Origin: Chitinophaga pinensis
GTDB taxonomy: Bacteria; Bacteroidota; Bacteroidia; UKL13-3
NCBI GenBank assembly: GCA_943323675.2
Contig: CALPIR020000003.1
Location: forward strand, 1-32,166
Direction: 5' to 3'
DNA length: 32,166 nt
The notes under the pieces were generated by a model. That model was not told the DNA's origin and did not search any database. It saw only the letters and a list, made by a program, of their open reading frames with translations. Of the stretch, positions 9,533 to 19,771 are shown one piece after another; the stretch's first letter is position 1, and every line of letters starts with the position of its first letter. The translations under genes were made by a program, and so were the position numbers.

Positions 9533-10447
9533 ATGAACGTAGATAGGAAAATCTTTTTTAAAGATGTAGAAGTTGACAATGAATTTAATTCAAAGGGATT
9601 TGTTGTACATGGTAATATTTCTGATAAGACAATAAAAACTTTAACAGATGTATTCAAAGAACTTGAAATTCCAGATTCATATGGGTTTGGCTATAATGTG
9701 GGTTTGAATACAGAATTATTTGAAAAGAGGAAAGCTATGCAGGATAATATTAAAGAAATTATTTCAGCTGAAATATTACCTCTTTTAAATAATAAAGAAC
9801 TATTTACAGCTACATTCATGAATAAAGTAGCAAACAGTAAAATATTTTTACCAGCACACCAAGATTGGACCTATACAAATGAAGATGAATTTGATTCTGT
9901 TATGTGTTGGATCCCATTGGTAGATGTTACCATGAAAAATGGAGCAATGTGTTTTGTACCCTCTTCTAATAAATTATTTAATTACACACGTTCATTTCCG
10001 TTTCCTTTGGCACAAACGCCCGTTGATAAAAATTGTGGTAATTTGATAGGGTATATGAAAACGATAAATATGAAAGCTGGTGAAATGGTATTTATTAATC
10101 ATAAAACGGTACATGCGTCATTTCCTAATAGTACAGATACAGATCGACTAGCTGTTGGATTGAGCATTGCCCCCAAAAATGAAGATTTATTCGTGTATTG
10201 CTTAAACCCGGTTACTCAAGGAAAAACTAAACTGAAATATCTAGTAGATGAATATTTTTTAGTGAATTATCGACATTATTATATTGAAAATAAATTTAAT
10301 AATAGCATGCCTTATGACTTTAAATACCCAATAATAGAAGAAACGAAGCAAATATTACCAGATATTTCTTGGGAAGATTGTGTAGATTTCTTTGAAAATA
10401 GTGGTCTAAAGTTTAATCCGTTAATTGTTAGTCAAGGAAAAAATTAA
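9533..10447 (+). CDS. PhyH-family Fe(II)/2-oxoglutarate dioxygenase (copy 1)
   Basis: HxD motif in PAHQDWT, WIPLVD..NGAMCFVPSS, distal His in TVHASFPN, and the DRLAV Arg. Confidence 0.88.
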   Translation: MNVDRKIFFKDVEVDNEFNSKGFVVHGNISDKTIKTLTDVFKELEIPDSYGFGYNVGLNTELFEKRKAMQDNIKEIISAEILPLLNNKELFTATFMNKVANSKIFLPAHQDWTYTNEDEFDSVMCWIPLVDVTMKNGAMCFVPSSNKLFNYTRSFPFPLAQTPVDKNCGNLIGYMKTINMKAGEMVFINHKTVHASFPNSTDTDRLAVGLSIAPKNEDLFVYCLNPVTQGKTKLKYLVDEYFLVNYRHYYIENKFNNSMPYDFKYPIIEETKQILPDISWEDCVDFFENSGLKFNPLIVSQGKN

Positions 10448-10448
10448 T

Positions 10449-11522
10449 ATGAAAAGTGTTTTAATTGATACAAAAAAACAAGAAGAGTTTGAGTTGAATG
10501 GTTATGTTAAATTTCCACTATTAGACTCCGAAACAAATAATATTCTTTTACAATACTATGATGAGTTAAAGGATAAGATAAATATTCAAAATTCTATTTA
10601 TGGGATATATGTTAGTTTAGATGAAAAAGATAGGGAACTAAAGCTAACAATCATGGATTTTCTACAAAAATCCATTCAACCCAAACTTGATTCATTCCTA
10701 GTAAATTATAAAGTACATTTAGGAGGGTTTATCGTAAAAGAACCCGATAATTTTTCATACACATATCCCCACCAAGATTGGACATTTGTTGACCATGAAG
10801 ACAGAGAGAGTTTTTCGGCAACTGTATGGATAAGTTTAAACGATTTAACTCCCGAAATGGGCTCTTTAGGATTTATTAAAGGGAGCCAACATTTCCTAAA
10901 TGGCATAATTGGTTCACCATCCACACATTTCCGCAATTCAACACAAGGACACGAAGAATTATTATTTCAATACTTAGATTTCCCAAAAGTAAACTGTGGT
11001 GACGCTATAATGTTCAACAATAAGTGTGTTCATGGTGCAAATCCAAATCAAACTCCAAATTCTAGAGTAATTATTGGTATAGGTATTACTCCCAAAGAAT
11101 CAAGTTTATATCACTATTTTCTAAAACCAAATTCAACAGATAAGTTTTTAAAACTTAAGGTTAATGAAGACTTTTTTATGGACTACATGAATCAAGATTT
11201 AATAAATACTTACAATGATGGTCAAGTGCCAAACAATTGTATAGTAGAAGACGAAATAGATTTGGAAATAAATCAATATAGCAACGATGAAATGATTAAA
11301 ATGATATTGGAAAAAGGAAATATAAAAAATGATTTTTTTATAAAAAGACCAGAAAATAAAGCAATTAATGAAAATATAGTTGAATTTAAAAAAGTTATCG
11401 AAATCAAAAAAGTATCTACTTATTCCAAAATTGACATGAGCAAAATTATTAATTTCTTCAGAATATATACGCCTTACAATATATTTAAAGAGGCTAAATT
11501 TAGATTAACAGGAAAGTATTAA
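10449..11522 (+). CDS. PhyH-family Fe(II)/2-oxoglutarate dioxygenase (copy 2)
   Basis: YPHQDWTFVD, VWISLND..MGSLGFIKGS, CVHGANPN, SRVII. ATG at 10449, one base after the upstream stop, is preferred over TTG 10425. Confidence 0.88.
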   Translation: MKSVLIDTKKQEEFELNGYVKFPLLDSETNNILLQYYDELKDKINIQNSIYGIYVSLDEKDRELKLTIMDFLQKSIQPKLDSFLVNYKVHLGGFIVKEPDNFSYTYPHQDWTFVDHEDRESFSATVWISLNDLTPEMGSLGFIKGSQHFLNGIIGSPSTHFRNSTQGHEELLFQYLDFPKVNCGDAIMFNNKCVHGANPNQTPNSRVIIGIGITPKESSLYHYFLKPNSTDKFLKLKVNEDFFMDYMNQDLINTYNDGQVPNNCIVEDEIDLEINQYSNDEMIKMILEKGNIKNDFFIKRPENKAINENIVEFKKVIEIKKVSTYSKIDMSKIINFFRIYTPYNIFKEAKFRLTGKY

Positions 11523-11534
11523 ACACTTACAATT

Positions 11535-12386
11535 ATGACAACACAAATTTTAAAAGATAAAAAATTAGACGAGTTGATTTTAAGTAGAGGATATGTTGTT
11601 ATTCCTTTTTTAAATCCAGTTGAAGTAGAGGATATGTTGAGTTTTTATCATCAAAATCACACAGATGATATTCCTGGATTTTATGTAAGTATTTTTTCTT
11701 CTGATATTAGTTTACGAGAAAAAATATCCCAGAAAATACGATCAATTTACATTAATCACATAGAAAACAATTTTATAAATTACAGGCTTATTGGAGGTAA
11801 TTTTATTGTTAAAACGAATATAGAAAAGGAACGAATACATCCTCATCAGGATTGGACATTTATCGATGAAGAAAATTGTAGAGGATTTAATATATGGATT
11901 CCACTTGTAGATTTAAATGAAGAGAATGGTGCAATTAGAATTACTCCAGGAAGTCATTTATGGGTTAAAAATTATTGTGGTCCAAAAATTCAAGATTCTT
12001 TTCTCGACAAAAAAGAAGAAATTTGGCAGAACATGACAACATTATACCTTAAAGCGGGAGAAGCATTAATTTATGATGCACGTTTATTTCATGCCTCATT
12101 CCCCAATCAAACAGACCAGCCAAGAGTAGCTACAGTTTTCGGTGCAATACCAAATAATGCGAAAATGTATCATTATATTGGAGATGGTGAATTTGTTGAT
12201 GTTTATGATAGTAATGAAGCATTTTTTCTAAGCAATGACATTAACAATGGAGCAAGTGTATTAAACAAGGTAGAAAGGGTAAAAAACCATTCCATTAAAA
12301 ATAAAAATTTACCTGTATATTTAAATGATGTAGGCATTCAAATAGAAAATAAAAAATCATGGTATAGTCGTATTTTTAAAAAATAG
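11535..12386 (+). CDS. PhyH-family Fe(II)/2-oxoglutarate dioxygenase (copy 3)
   Basis: HPHQDWTFIDE, IWIPLVDLNEENGAIRITPGSH, LFHASFPN, PRVAT. Confidence 0.9.
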   Translation: MTTQILKDKKLDELILSRGYVVIPFLNPVEVEDMLSFYHQNHTDDIPGFYVSIFSSDISLREKISQKIRSIYINHIENNFINYRLIGGNFIVKTNIEKERIHPHQDWTFIDEENCRGFNIWIPLVDLNEENGAIRITPGSHLWVKNYCGPKIQDSFLDKKEEIWQNMTTLYLKAGEALIYDARLFHASFPNQTDQPRVATVFGAIPNNAKMYHYIGDGEFVDVYDSNEAFFLSNDINNGASVLNKVERVKNHSIKNKNLPVYLNDVGIQIENKKSWYSRIFKK

Positions 12387-12395
12387 TTTGTTAAT

Positions 12396-13232
12396 ATGAG
12401 TAAAGCTAAAGTTTTGTATAATAATAACTCTGAAAAAGTTCGCGCCTTTTACAATGATCATACGGAAAAATTTTTAGCTGTTTATGGTAATATAATTCAA
12501 GCATTTAGAACAGATAACGTATCAATTTATTTAGACTACACCATTAAATCTGCTCAATTTAAAAAAGGAGAACATTTACTAGATGCAGGTTGTGGCATTT
12601 GCGGACCAGCAGTCTATTTTGCGGAGAATGTTAGTGATATCAGAATTGATGCCTGTACAATCTCCGAAGTACAAGCTGAAAAAGCTAAATCACTCATTAA
12701 AAATTCAAACCAAATAGAAAGTGTGTTTATATTAAATGAAGACTACCATAAGATAGACAAAGTGTATAACTTAGAGAGTTATGATTGTGTATATTTTTTA
12801 GAATCATTTGGACATTCCAATCAAAAAAACATGCTTATTGATGCTTGCTGGAATGTTCTAAAACCTGGAGGTAGATTGTATATAAAAGATTTGTTTAAAA
12901 GGCTAAGTGACGATGAATGGGAACAACTTAGAATTGATCAAATCTGCGATCAAATAGATAACGCATACCAATATTATATACCAAACCTAAATGAAGTATT
13001 AGATAAAATACGGTCTAAAGGTTTTGTATTAAATTTCGTTAAAATACCTGAGGTTGATCTTTCTACTTTTGAACATTTAAAGATATCAAACGATTTTCAA
13101 AATTTATTTGATATTGGAAAAATAACATCTTGGGACGATTATATTTTTCCCATAGACTTTCTTGAAATATACGCGACAAAGCCTATTAAAGACAACATGA
13201 AAGATATGCACTTGTATTTTATGAATAAATAA
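12396..13232 (+). CDS. Class I SAM-dependent methyltransferase
   Basis: LLDAGCGICG, CTISEVQ, YDCVYFLESFGH, LKPGGRLYIKD. The N-terminal VRAFYN resembles sterol/tocopherol-type methyltransferases. Confidence 0.9.
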   Translation: MSKAKVLYNNNSEKVRAFYNDHTEKFLAVYGNIIQAFRTDNVSIYLDYTIKSAQFKKGEHLLDAGCGICGPAVYFAENVSDIRIDACTISEVQAEKAKSLIKNSNQIESVFILNEDYHKIDKVYNLESYDCVYFLESFGHSNQKNMLIDACWNVLKPGGRLYIKDLFKRLSDDEWEQLRIDQICDQIDNAYQYYIPNLNEVLDKIRSKGFVLNFVKIPEVDLSTFEHLKISNDFQNLFDIGKITSWDDYIFPIDFLEIYATKPIKDNMKDMHLYFMNK

Positions 13233-14404
13233 TGCAAAAAAGGATAGCTATATTAAAAAATACTATTAACCTAACAAGAGCAAAAGATTGGAGACTAAGC
13301 TTCATTCCTCTCATTTTTGGCAATTTGTACCTATGGTTAATATTATTCAAAATAAGTTTCGATTTCAAAATCCTATGGATACTATTTCTTTCGTTAACAA
13401 CTTCATTTGGCTTTGCAGCTTTGGGATATTTTATAAATGAATTTTTCGATAAAGAAGATGACTTTATTGCGGGAAAAATCAATAAGCTTCAAATTTTAGA
13501 TGCTTACAAACAAATTATTTTATTTGTTTGCATCTTGCTTTTTACTTTCATACCATGGGCCTTTCTTCCATTTAATAAAATCTCTATTGTCTTAATCACA
13601 ATTCAGGTTTTATTATTTATAATTTATGCTTCTTACCCATTTAGATTAAAAAAAAATAAATATTTATCCGGGATCATAGATTCGATGTATGCCTATACAA
13701 TACCGCTTTTACTATCCTATTATACATTTTATTTAGTTTCAAGAAGTGATTCCTTTAATCCTTTAATTTTATTTACATACAGTTTGTTATTATTGATTAC
13801 AGGGTATAGGAACATTACAATTCATTATATAAATGATATATTCAAGGATAAAAGAGTTGGATTAGTTACATTACCTAGACACATAGGTGTAAAAAAAACA
13901 GATTCATTGCTAAAGATTTGTTTGCTATTAGAAGCTATAATATTGTTTGTGTTTATAATGTTAATAGGACAAAATTATACTGGTTTTTACTTATTGCTTT
14001 TCCCATTTGCTTATAAGCTATACAAAGGATTTTCTCAGTATTTAATATTAAAAAATAAATATATTGTAACTAACTTTATACGTCATATTCCCGATGCATA
14101 TTTTCAGTATTATTTTCCAATTAGCATATTACTATTATTAATAATATCTAATATTAGATGGGCAATATTACTTCCTATCCATTTGATTTTATTTGTGCCT
14201 AATTTTCGTTTTCAACCATTAATAAGCCTTTGGCATAGAATTCATTTCAGGCTTTATTTTAATTATATTTATTATAGTTACATTCGTAAAACAATTAGTT
14301 GGATAATTAATTATAGTATTTTCTTTCTTTTTTTATTGTTTAAAGTTGATTTAAAAAAAAGGAATATTTCGGCAATAAATTATTTAAAGCAAAAAATCAA
14401 ATAG
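13232..14404 (+). CDS. UbiA-superfamily intramembrane prenyltransferase
   Basis: First Asp-rich motif INEFFDKEDDFIAGK, YASYPFRLK, second motif INDIFKDKRVGLVTLP, many TM helices. TAATG coupling to the methyltransferase. Confidence 0.85.
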   Translation: MQKRIAILKNTINLTRAKDWRLSFIPLIFGNLYLWLILFKISFDFKILWILFLSLTTSFGFAALGYFINEFFDKEDDFIAGKINKLQILDAYKQIILFVCILLFTFIPWAFLPFNKISIVLITIQVLLFIIYASYPFRLKKNKYLSGIIDSMYAYTIPLLLSYYTFYLVSRSDSFNPLILFTYSLLLLITGYRNITIHYINDIFKDKRVGLVTLPRHIGVKKTDSLLKICLLLEAIILFVFIMLIGQNYTGFYLLLFPFAYKLYKGFSQYLILKNKYIVTNFIRHIPDAYFQYYFPISILLLLIISNIRWAILLPIHLILFVPNFRFQPLISLWHRIHFRLYFNYIYYSYIRKTISWIINYSIFFLFLLFKVDLKKRNISAINYLKQKIK

Positions 14405-14430
14405 CATTAAATTATTTCAAACATCAAAAA

Positions 14431-15420
14431 ATGATTTATTTGAAGCACTGTATGTCTATTCTTTTAATGTATTTCCTATTATTAGTTTCTTGTAACAACG
14501 ATAAAATTAATAATCAATACATTAAAAAGATTTTTATAGACAGTAGTAACTTAGAAAATGAAGCTACAAGAAATGAATTAAAAACTGTCTGTAGTACAGA
14601 TACGCTAAAATGCAATCAAAATCTAAGTTATGATCAAGCGCTAACTAAATTAAGAAATACATTTGTTCAAATTAATACCCTTAATGAAAACGAAAACACA
14701 AAGACATATTTGAAAGCACTGCTTTTAAGTGAATTTGTTTATGCCTCCTTTAGCTTTCAATTTTTGGGGTCAGATCTAGGTGAAACAAGCCACCAGGTTT
14801 CCATTGATAATTGGGATAAAATGAATTTAGAAAATTGTTACAATTTGGGTAATAATAATTTGGTGCCTGTTTGGTGTGGTGACAGAACTACCTTTTACAT
14901 TAGATTACTTGATCATTTATTGGGAATAAAGGCAGCTGCAATTTCAATTGAAAATATACATACATTTCCAATTGTTAATATTGGGAAGAGGCGTTTTATA
15001 TTTGACCCGTATGACCCATTTATTATTTTTGATTCTCTAACAATGACGGTGATGGATTATGATGAGGCTTTTAAATATTATTTAAATGATAGCCCACTAA
15101 AAATACTGAGAACAAAGAGGTCTTATGGTTTTCCAAACGAATTAATTTCAAATAAATTAACCAATAATATTTTAGGGTTCTCTAAACATGAAAAGCAAGA
15201 TATTTCACAAAAACTAAAATTTTACTTGATAAAAAACAAGGCCAATTTTTTAAGACGAGTTAATGCCTGTGTTTTCGAAACATACAGTAAAAGTGGCATA
15301 ATTTATCAAACAAATTTAAAAGAGGATAGGTATATCATTCACTTGGAAAATAACTTAAATAACATTCCAATGAATGTAAATCGTTTTAATAAATATTACT
15401 TCGGTAAAGATTGTAAATAG
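14431..15420 (+). CDS. Putative lipoprotein with transglutaminase-like (Cys-His-Asp) domain
   Basis: Lipobox LLVS-C21. VWC149GDRT, NIH177TFPIV and FIFD192PY show the order and spacing of a transglutaminase/papain-like triad. Confidence 0.65.
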   Translation: MIYLKHCMSILLMYFLLLVSCNNDKINNQYIKKIFIDSSNLENEATRNELKTVCSTDTLKCNQNLSYDQALTKLRNTFVQINTLNENENTKTYLKALLLSEFVYASFSFQFLGSDLGETSHQVSIDNWDKMNLENCYNLGNNNLVPVWCGDRTTFYIRLLDHLLGIKAAAISIENIHTFPIVNIGKRRFIFDPYDPFIIFDSLTMTVMDYDEAFKYYLNDSPLKILRTKRSYGFPNELISNKLTNNILGFSKHEKQDISQKLKFYLIKNKANFLRRVNACVFETYSKSGIIYQTNLKEDRYIIHLENNLNNIPMNVNRFNKYYFGKDCK

Positions 15421-17193
15421 ATGTGCGGGATACTAGGACAAATAAATAAAACGGATAAAATAGATGCTGACTTATTTAGTCAAATGTTACACACCATCCA
15501 CCATAGAGGCCCTGATGGTAATGGGATATATTTAGATAAACATAATCAATTGGCATTTGGACATAATCGACTTGCCTTTTTAGATTTATCTGATGCTGGC
15601 AAACAACCTCTGATTAGCAATAATGAACAAATTGTTGTAACATTTAATGGTGAAATTTATAACTATTTAGAATTAAAAAAACAGTTATTAGATTCTTATA
15701 CTTTTATAACAAATACTGACACTGAGGTTATTATTGCCGCCTACTTGAAGTGGGGAATAGATTTTGTAAAGGAGCTAAAAGGCATGTTTGCGATTGCCAT
15801 TTATGATAAAAAAATAAACAAAGTATTTTTAATTAGAGATCGATTTGGTATAAAACCATTGTATTATTTCTTTAATGAAAGCTGCTTGATATTTGCTTCT
15901 GAATTAAAGGCAATTTTATCTTCTGGCCTAGTAAAAAAGGAAATCGATTATAGCTCCTTTTCTGATTATTTTGTTTACCGTTATATACCATCTCCCAAAA
16001 CTATTTGGAAAAACATATACAAAATTCCACCTGCTAATTTATTGACTTTTGATGTTGACACTTTTTCCCATTCCTTATTTGAATATTGGAAATTAAATAG
16101 CAAAAATGAACAAGAAAAAAGTGATTTGTTAATTGATGAAATAAATGAAATCTTACAATTATCAGTTTCAGAACACACCAGAGCGGATGTTCCAATTGGA
16201 TCATTTTTAAGTGGTGGTTATGATAGTAGCGCCATAGTTCATTACATGAAAAGGTCTGGAATAAATCCAGAAACTTTTTCAATTGGATTTAAGAATTGGG
16301 AGAAAAGTGAGCATCAGTTTGCTGAGATAGTTGCTACGCATTTAAATGTTCCCAATAAATATGTTATTGCAGACGAAAGTAGTCTTGATTTGGTGAATAT
16401 AATGCCAATAGTTTATGATGAACCCATTGCAGACATTTCAATAGTGCCCACATACATGGTTAGCAAACTAGCCAAGCAAAACGTTAAAGCAGTATTAAGC
16501 GGTGAAGGAGCTGATGAAATATTTGGCGGCTACACCTGGCAACATCAGTATTGTGATGAGACATACTATAAAAATTGGTTGTGGAAAATAAAATCGATAT
16601 TTAAAAAACGAGAAACTGTTAATTATTATGCGCATGCCATGTCGATGGGATGGTTCGATAAAGATGAACTTGAGAATATGTTAACGCCTGCATTACATCA
16701 ATACATTCCAAGTGACGTACATTGGTTTTACAGAAAGCACTATAATAATAAGTTAACGCCTTTAAAATCGATTCAATATATGGACATGAAATGTTTTATG
16801 GGCGAATTGGTATTAACCAAAATTGATAGAGCAAGTATGGCAAATTCATTAGAAGTTCGCGTACCTTTTCTAGATCATAAGTTATTTGAAAAGGTATTTT
16901 TACTAGATGAAAAGCAATATTTCAATCAACATCAAACCAAATTTTTATTATATGAAAACATTAAAAAATTCTTACCACAATCTATATTAAATAGAAAAAA
17001 ACAAGGTTTTGTAGGTCCAGATAATTACTATATGAATATTGAATATTACAAAAAAGAATTAGCAAATAGTAATTTGGTTAAGCATAATATTATCAATCAG
17101 TCTTACTTAGATCATTTACTAAAACAAGATTACAATTGGAAACTATGGAAAATTTTGATTATGGAAAAATGGTTTAGTCATTGGGTTGATTAA
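15421..17193 (+). CDS. asnB: Asparagine synthase (glutamine-hydrolysing)-family amidotransferase
   Basis: N-terminal MCGI (Ntn Cys), HRGPD, NGEIYN, RDRFGIKPLYY, LSGGYDSS, LSGEGADE, EVRVPFLD. Confidence 0.93.
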   Translation: MCGILGQINKTDKIDADLFSQMLHTIHHRGPDGNGIYLDKHNQLAFGHNRLAFLDLSDAGKQPLISNNEQIVVTFNGEIYNYLELKKQLLDSYTFITNTDTEVIIAAYLKWGIDFVKELKGMFAIAIYDKKINKVFLIRDRFGIKPLYYFFNESCLIFASELKAILSSGLVKKEIDYSSFSDYFVYRYIPSPKTIWKNIYKIPPANLLTFDVDTFSHSLFEYWKLNSKNEQEKSDLLIDEINEILQLSVSEHTRADVPIGSFLSGGYDSSAIVHYMKRSGINPETFSIGFKNWEKSEHQFAEIVATHLNVPNKYVIADESSLDLVNIMPIVYDEPIADISIVPTYMVSKLAKQNVKAVLSGEGADEIFGGYTWQHQYCDETYYKNWLWKIKSIFKKRETVNYYAHAMSMGWFDKDELENMLTPALHQYIPSDVHWFYRKHYNNKLTPLKSIQYMDMKCFMGELVLTKIDRASMANSLEVRVPFLDHKLFEKVFLLDEKQYFNQHQTKFLLYENIKKFLPQSILNRKKQGFVGPDNYYMNIEYYKKELANSNLVKHNIINQSYLDHLLKQDYNWKLWKILIMEKWFSHWVD

Positions 17194-17230
17194 TTCATTT
17201 GTCTAAATTACATTGCACTAATTAAAAAAT

Positions 17231-18166
17231 ATGTCGTTAATATTCATAACAGGTGGAGCTGGTTTTATAGGTTATCAATTGCAAAAGCAATTGGATGGTA
17301 AGTTTGATGTGAACGCAATTGATCTATTATCGCCAAACAATAAAGCAGGCACTTTTCGAAGTGCAAATTTAAAAAATATAGAACAAGGAGACATAGCGAA
17401 TACCTTTTTAGATAACCTAAATACTAAACCTGATGTTTTAATTCATTTGGCCGCAGAAACGGGAATATCTGGCTCGCTTATTAATCCAGCTAAATACTTT
17501 GAAACCAATTTACATGGAACGTTTAATGTATTGGAACAATGCAGAAAAAACGGAGTAAAACACCTCATTTATGCCAGTAGTTCATCAGTTTATAGTCCTA
17601 ATCAGCAATTAATGAGCGAAGAAAGCAATACACAATCACAACTATCGTTTTACGGAACTTCTAAAAAAATGAGTGAAGTAATGATTGAAAATTATTGTGC
17701 TCAATTTGGGTTAATAGCTATAGGTTTGAGGTTTTTTACAGTTTATGGTTCGTGGACAAGGCCAGATATGGCAGCCTATAAATTCATGAGTAATATTGAT
17801 AAAGGATTACCTATTAATATTTATAATAAAGGGAATGTTTATAGAGATTTCACTCATGTAAGTGATATTATAAAAGCCATAGAATTATTAATAAATAAAA
17901 TCCAATTTGAAAAGATTGGCACACATAAAATATTTAACATTGGCTTAGGCTCTCCAATTTCGGTTTTACAATATGCTAAACTAATTGCACAATCAATAGG
18001 AAAAGAGCCCAAGATCAATTTCACTAATTTGCCAGACAATGAATTAATATCAACATATAGCAATACCAATAAATTAGAAAAATATATTCAATTTAAGCCC
18101 GAATGCAAAATAGAAGATGGTATAAATGAAATGGTAGCTTGGTATAAAAACAATAGTTATGAGTAA
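17231..18166 (+). CDS. NAD-dependent nucleotide-sugar epimerase (UDP-glucuronate 4-epimerase-like)
   Basis: TGGAGFIG, HLAAETG, YASSSSVY, catalytic YGTSK, LRFFTVYGSWTRPDMA, RDFTHVSD. Confidence 0.88.
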   Translation: MSLIFITGGAGFIGYQLQKQLDGKFDVNAIDLLSPNNKAGTFRSANLKNIEQGDIANTFLDNLNTKPDVLIHLAAETGISGSLINPAKYFETNLHGTFNVLEQCRKNGVKHLIYASSSSVYSPNQQLMSEESNTQSQLSFYGTSKKMSEVMIENYCAQFGLIAIGLRFFTVYGSWTRPDMAAYKFMSNIDKGLPINIYNKGNVYRDFTHVSDIIKAIELLINKIQFEKIGTHKIFNIGLGSPISVLQYAKLIAQSIGKEPKINFTNLPDNELISTYSNTNKLEKYIQFKPECKIEDGINEMVAWYKNNSYE

Positions 18167-19337
18167 AAATATTTTTGTTTTTGTAGTTTGTGGATCATCA
18201 GAACATATAGACACGTTACATTTTTCATTATTGTATTTAAGACATTTTTCAAAAAATGAAATTATTGTAGTAACAGATTCATCCAGAAATGAAATTACTG
18301 TGAACCATGATAAAATTATTGATGTAAAAATTGATAAAAAATATAATCACCATCAAGCAAGTATTTATTTAAAAACAGGATTAAACAAATTTCTCCCCAA
18401 GGGCAATAATTATTGTTACTTAGACACTGATGTAATAGCTGTTTCTAATAGCTGCGACAACATTTTTAATGAATATGTATCCCCAATAACATTTGCCCCA
18501 GATCATTGTAAATTACGGAAATTTAGTGCATACGCAGTTAATTGCAACTGTTCTGAAGAATGGAAAAAAAACAGAACAATATACTATGATTATATGGAAA
18601 GCATAGAACTGAAAACTATTAAAGATCCATATCTAATTAAGAAAGCAACTGAATTACAGTTTTTATTTGATAATTTGAATAAAACAATTTTTAAGAAAAG
18701 TCTAACTGCAATAAAATTTGCATTGAGTTACCCCAAATTTGTTTTAAATCAGGAATTTCATTTCAATAGAAAAACAAGAACTTGGCATCTGAACACAGGA
18801 GAAATTGTAATGTATGAAGTCAATCTAAAAAAGAATCAAGAAAAGCCGAATGGAATTGTATTTAATAAATGGAATCAAAAATGGTACGATAGACATGGGA
18901 ATGACATATGGCAAGATGAGTGTGACCATTTATCAATACAAATAGCAGAAACTTTTAACCTGAAAATAAAAAATAAGAATTGGCAGCATTGGAATGGCGG
19001 AGTCTTTCTATTTAATGATCAAAGTGAGGATTTTTTAAATACTTGGCACCAAAAAACCATGTATATATTTACCCAGCCAAACTGGAAAACGCGTGACCAA
19101 GGCACTTTAATTGCAACTGCTTGGGAGTTTGGATTAAGCAACCATCCTACCCTATCTAAAAAGTGGAACTTTATAGCAGATTATTTCAACAATGGATTGA
19201 TGTTAAATAGCAATGAAGGAATACTGACTGATGATGGTTTTAACACATGCTATAAACCATCTTTTATGCATGTTTATCATAACTGGGGTAAACAAGATTG
19301 GGAGATTTGGCAATGGATCGAAAATAAAATTTCATGA
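18159..19337 (+). CDS. GT8-like glycosyltransferase with large internal segment
   Basis: CYLDTDVI (DxD), HWNGGVFLF, RDQGTL, KWNF and MHVY occur in GT8 motif order. Confidence 0.65.
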   Translation: MSKNIFVFVVCGSSEHIDTLHFSLLYLRHFSKNEIIVVTDSSRNEITVNHDKIIDVKIDKKYNHHQASIYLKTGLNKFLPKGNNYCYLDTDVIAVSNSCDNIFNEYVSPITFAPDHCKLRKFSAYAVNCNCSEEWKKNRTIYYDYMESIELKTIKDPYLIKKATELQFLFDNLNKTIFKKSLTAIKFALSYPKFVLNQEFHFNRKTRTWHLNTGEIVMYEVNLKKNQEKPNGIVFNKWNQKWYDRHGNDIWQDECDHLSIQIAETFNLKIKNKNWQHWNGGVFLFNDQSEDFLNTWHQKTMYIFTQPNWKTRDQGTLIATAWEFGLSNHPTLSKKWNFIADYFNNGLMLNSNEGILTDDGFNTCYKPSFMHVYHNWGKQDWEIWQWIENKIS

Positions 19338-19771
19338 AACAACTAATTTATAAGTCAAGCGGATTTATTATTGTTTTAATCTATTTTATTGGTGTCATTA
19401 TATTTGGCGAAGCGCATCCATTTTCTAAATTCTCTATGTACAACTCCTTTGCCGATTATTCTTATGTTTTCTATTTTACAGACAATGAAAATAAAATGAT
19501 AAAATGTACTGACTTAAATACAACAGGAACAAATTTGGCACATATGTATACCACGATTTGCGAGAAAAATAATTTTGAGCATGGTCATGGGATGGAAAGT
19601 GATTCTGTGTTACATGAAATTGGAAAACAAATGTTAAATATTACTAAAATAAATAATCTAAAGTATACTCACAATAATAAAAAGGTTAAAATAAATAGGA
19701 TGTACTTTTATTATGAAGGAAAAGTTATAAAATGTAAAAAGCAAGAAATGTATGAAACAATTTTTAAATAA
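19334..19771 (+). CDS. Small membrane-anchored hypothetical protein, resembling the C-terminal module of HTTM proteins
   Basis: One N-terminal TM helix followed by GEAHPFSKFSMYNS. ATGA coupling to the upstream gene. Confidence 0.6.
   Translation: MKQLIYKSSGFIIVLIYFIGVIIFGEAHPFSKFSMYNSFADYSYVFYFTDNENKMIKCTDLNTTGTNLAHMYTTICEKNNFEHGHGMESDSVLHEIGKQMLNITKINNLKYTHNNKKVKINRMYFYYEGKVIKCKKQEMYETIFK

Noticed and set aside
14431-17193. Lasso-peptide cluster (transglutaminase-like peptidase plus AsnB-like cyclase)
   Set aside because: AsnB keeps an intact MCGI glutaminase domain, the protease-like protein has a lipoprotein signal, and I found no PqqD/RRE gene or precursor peptide.
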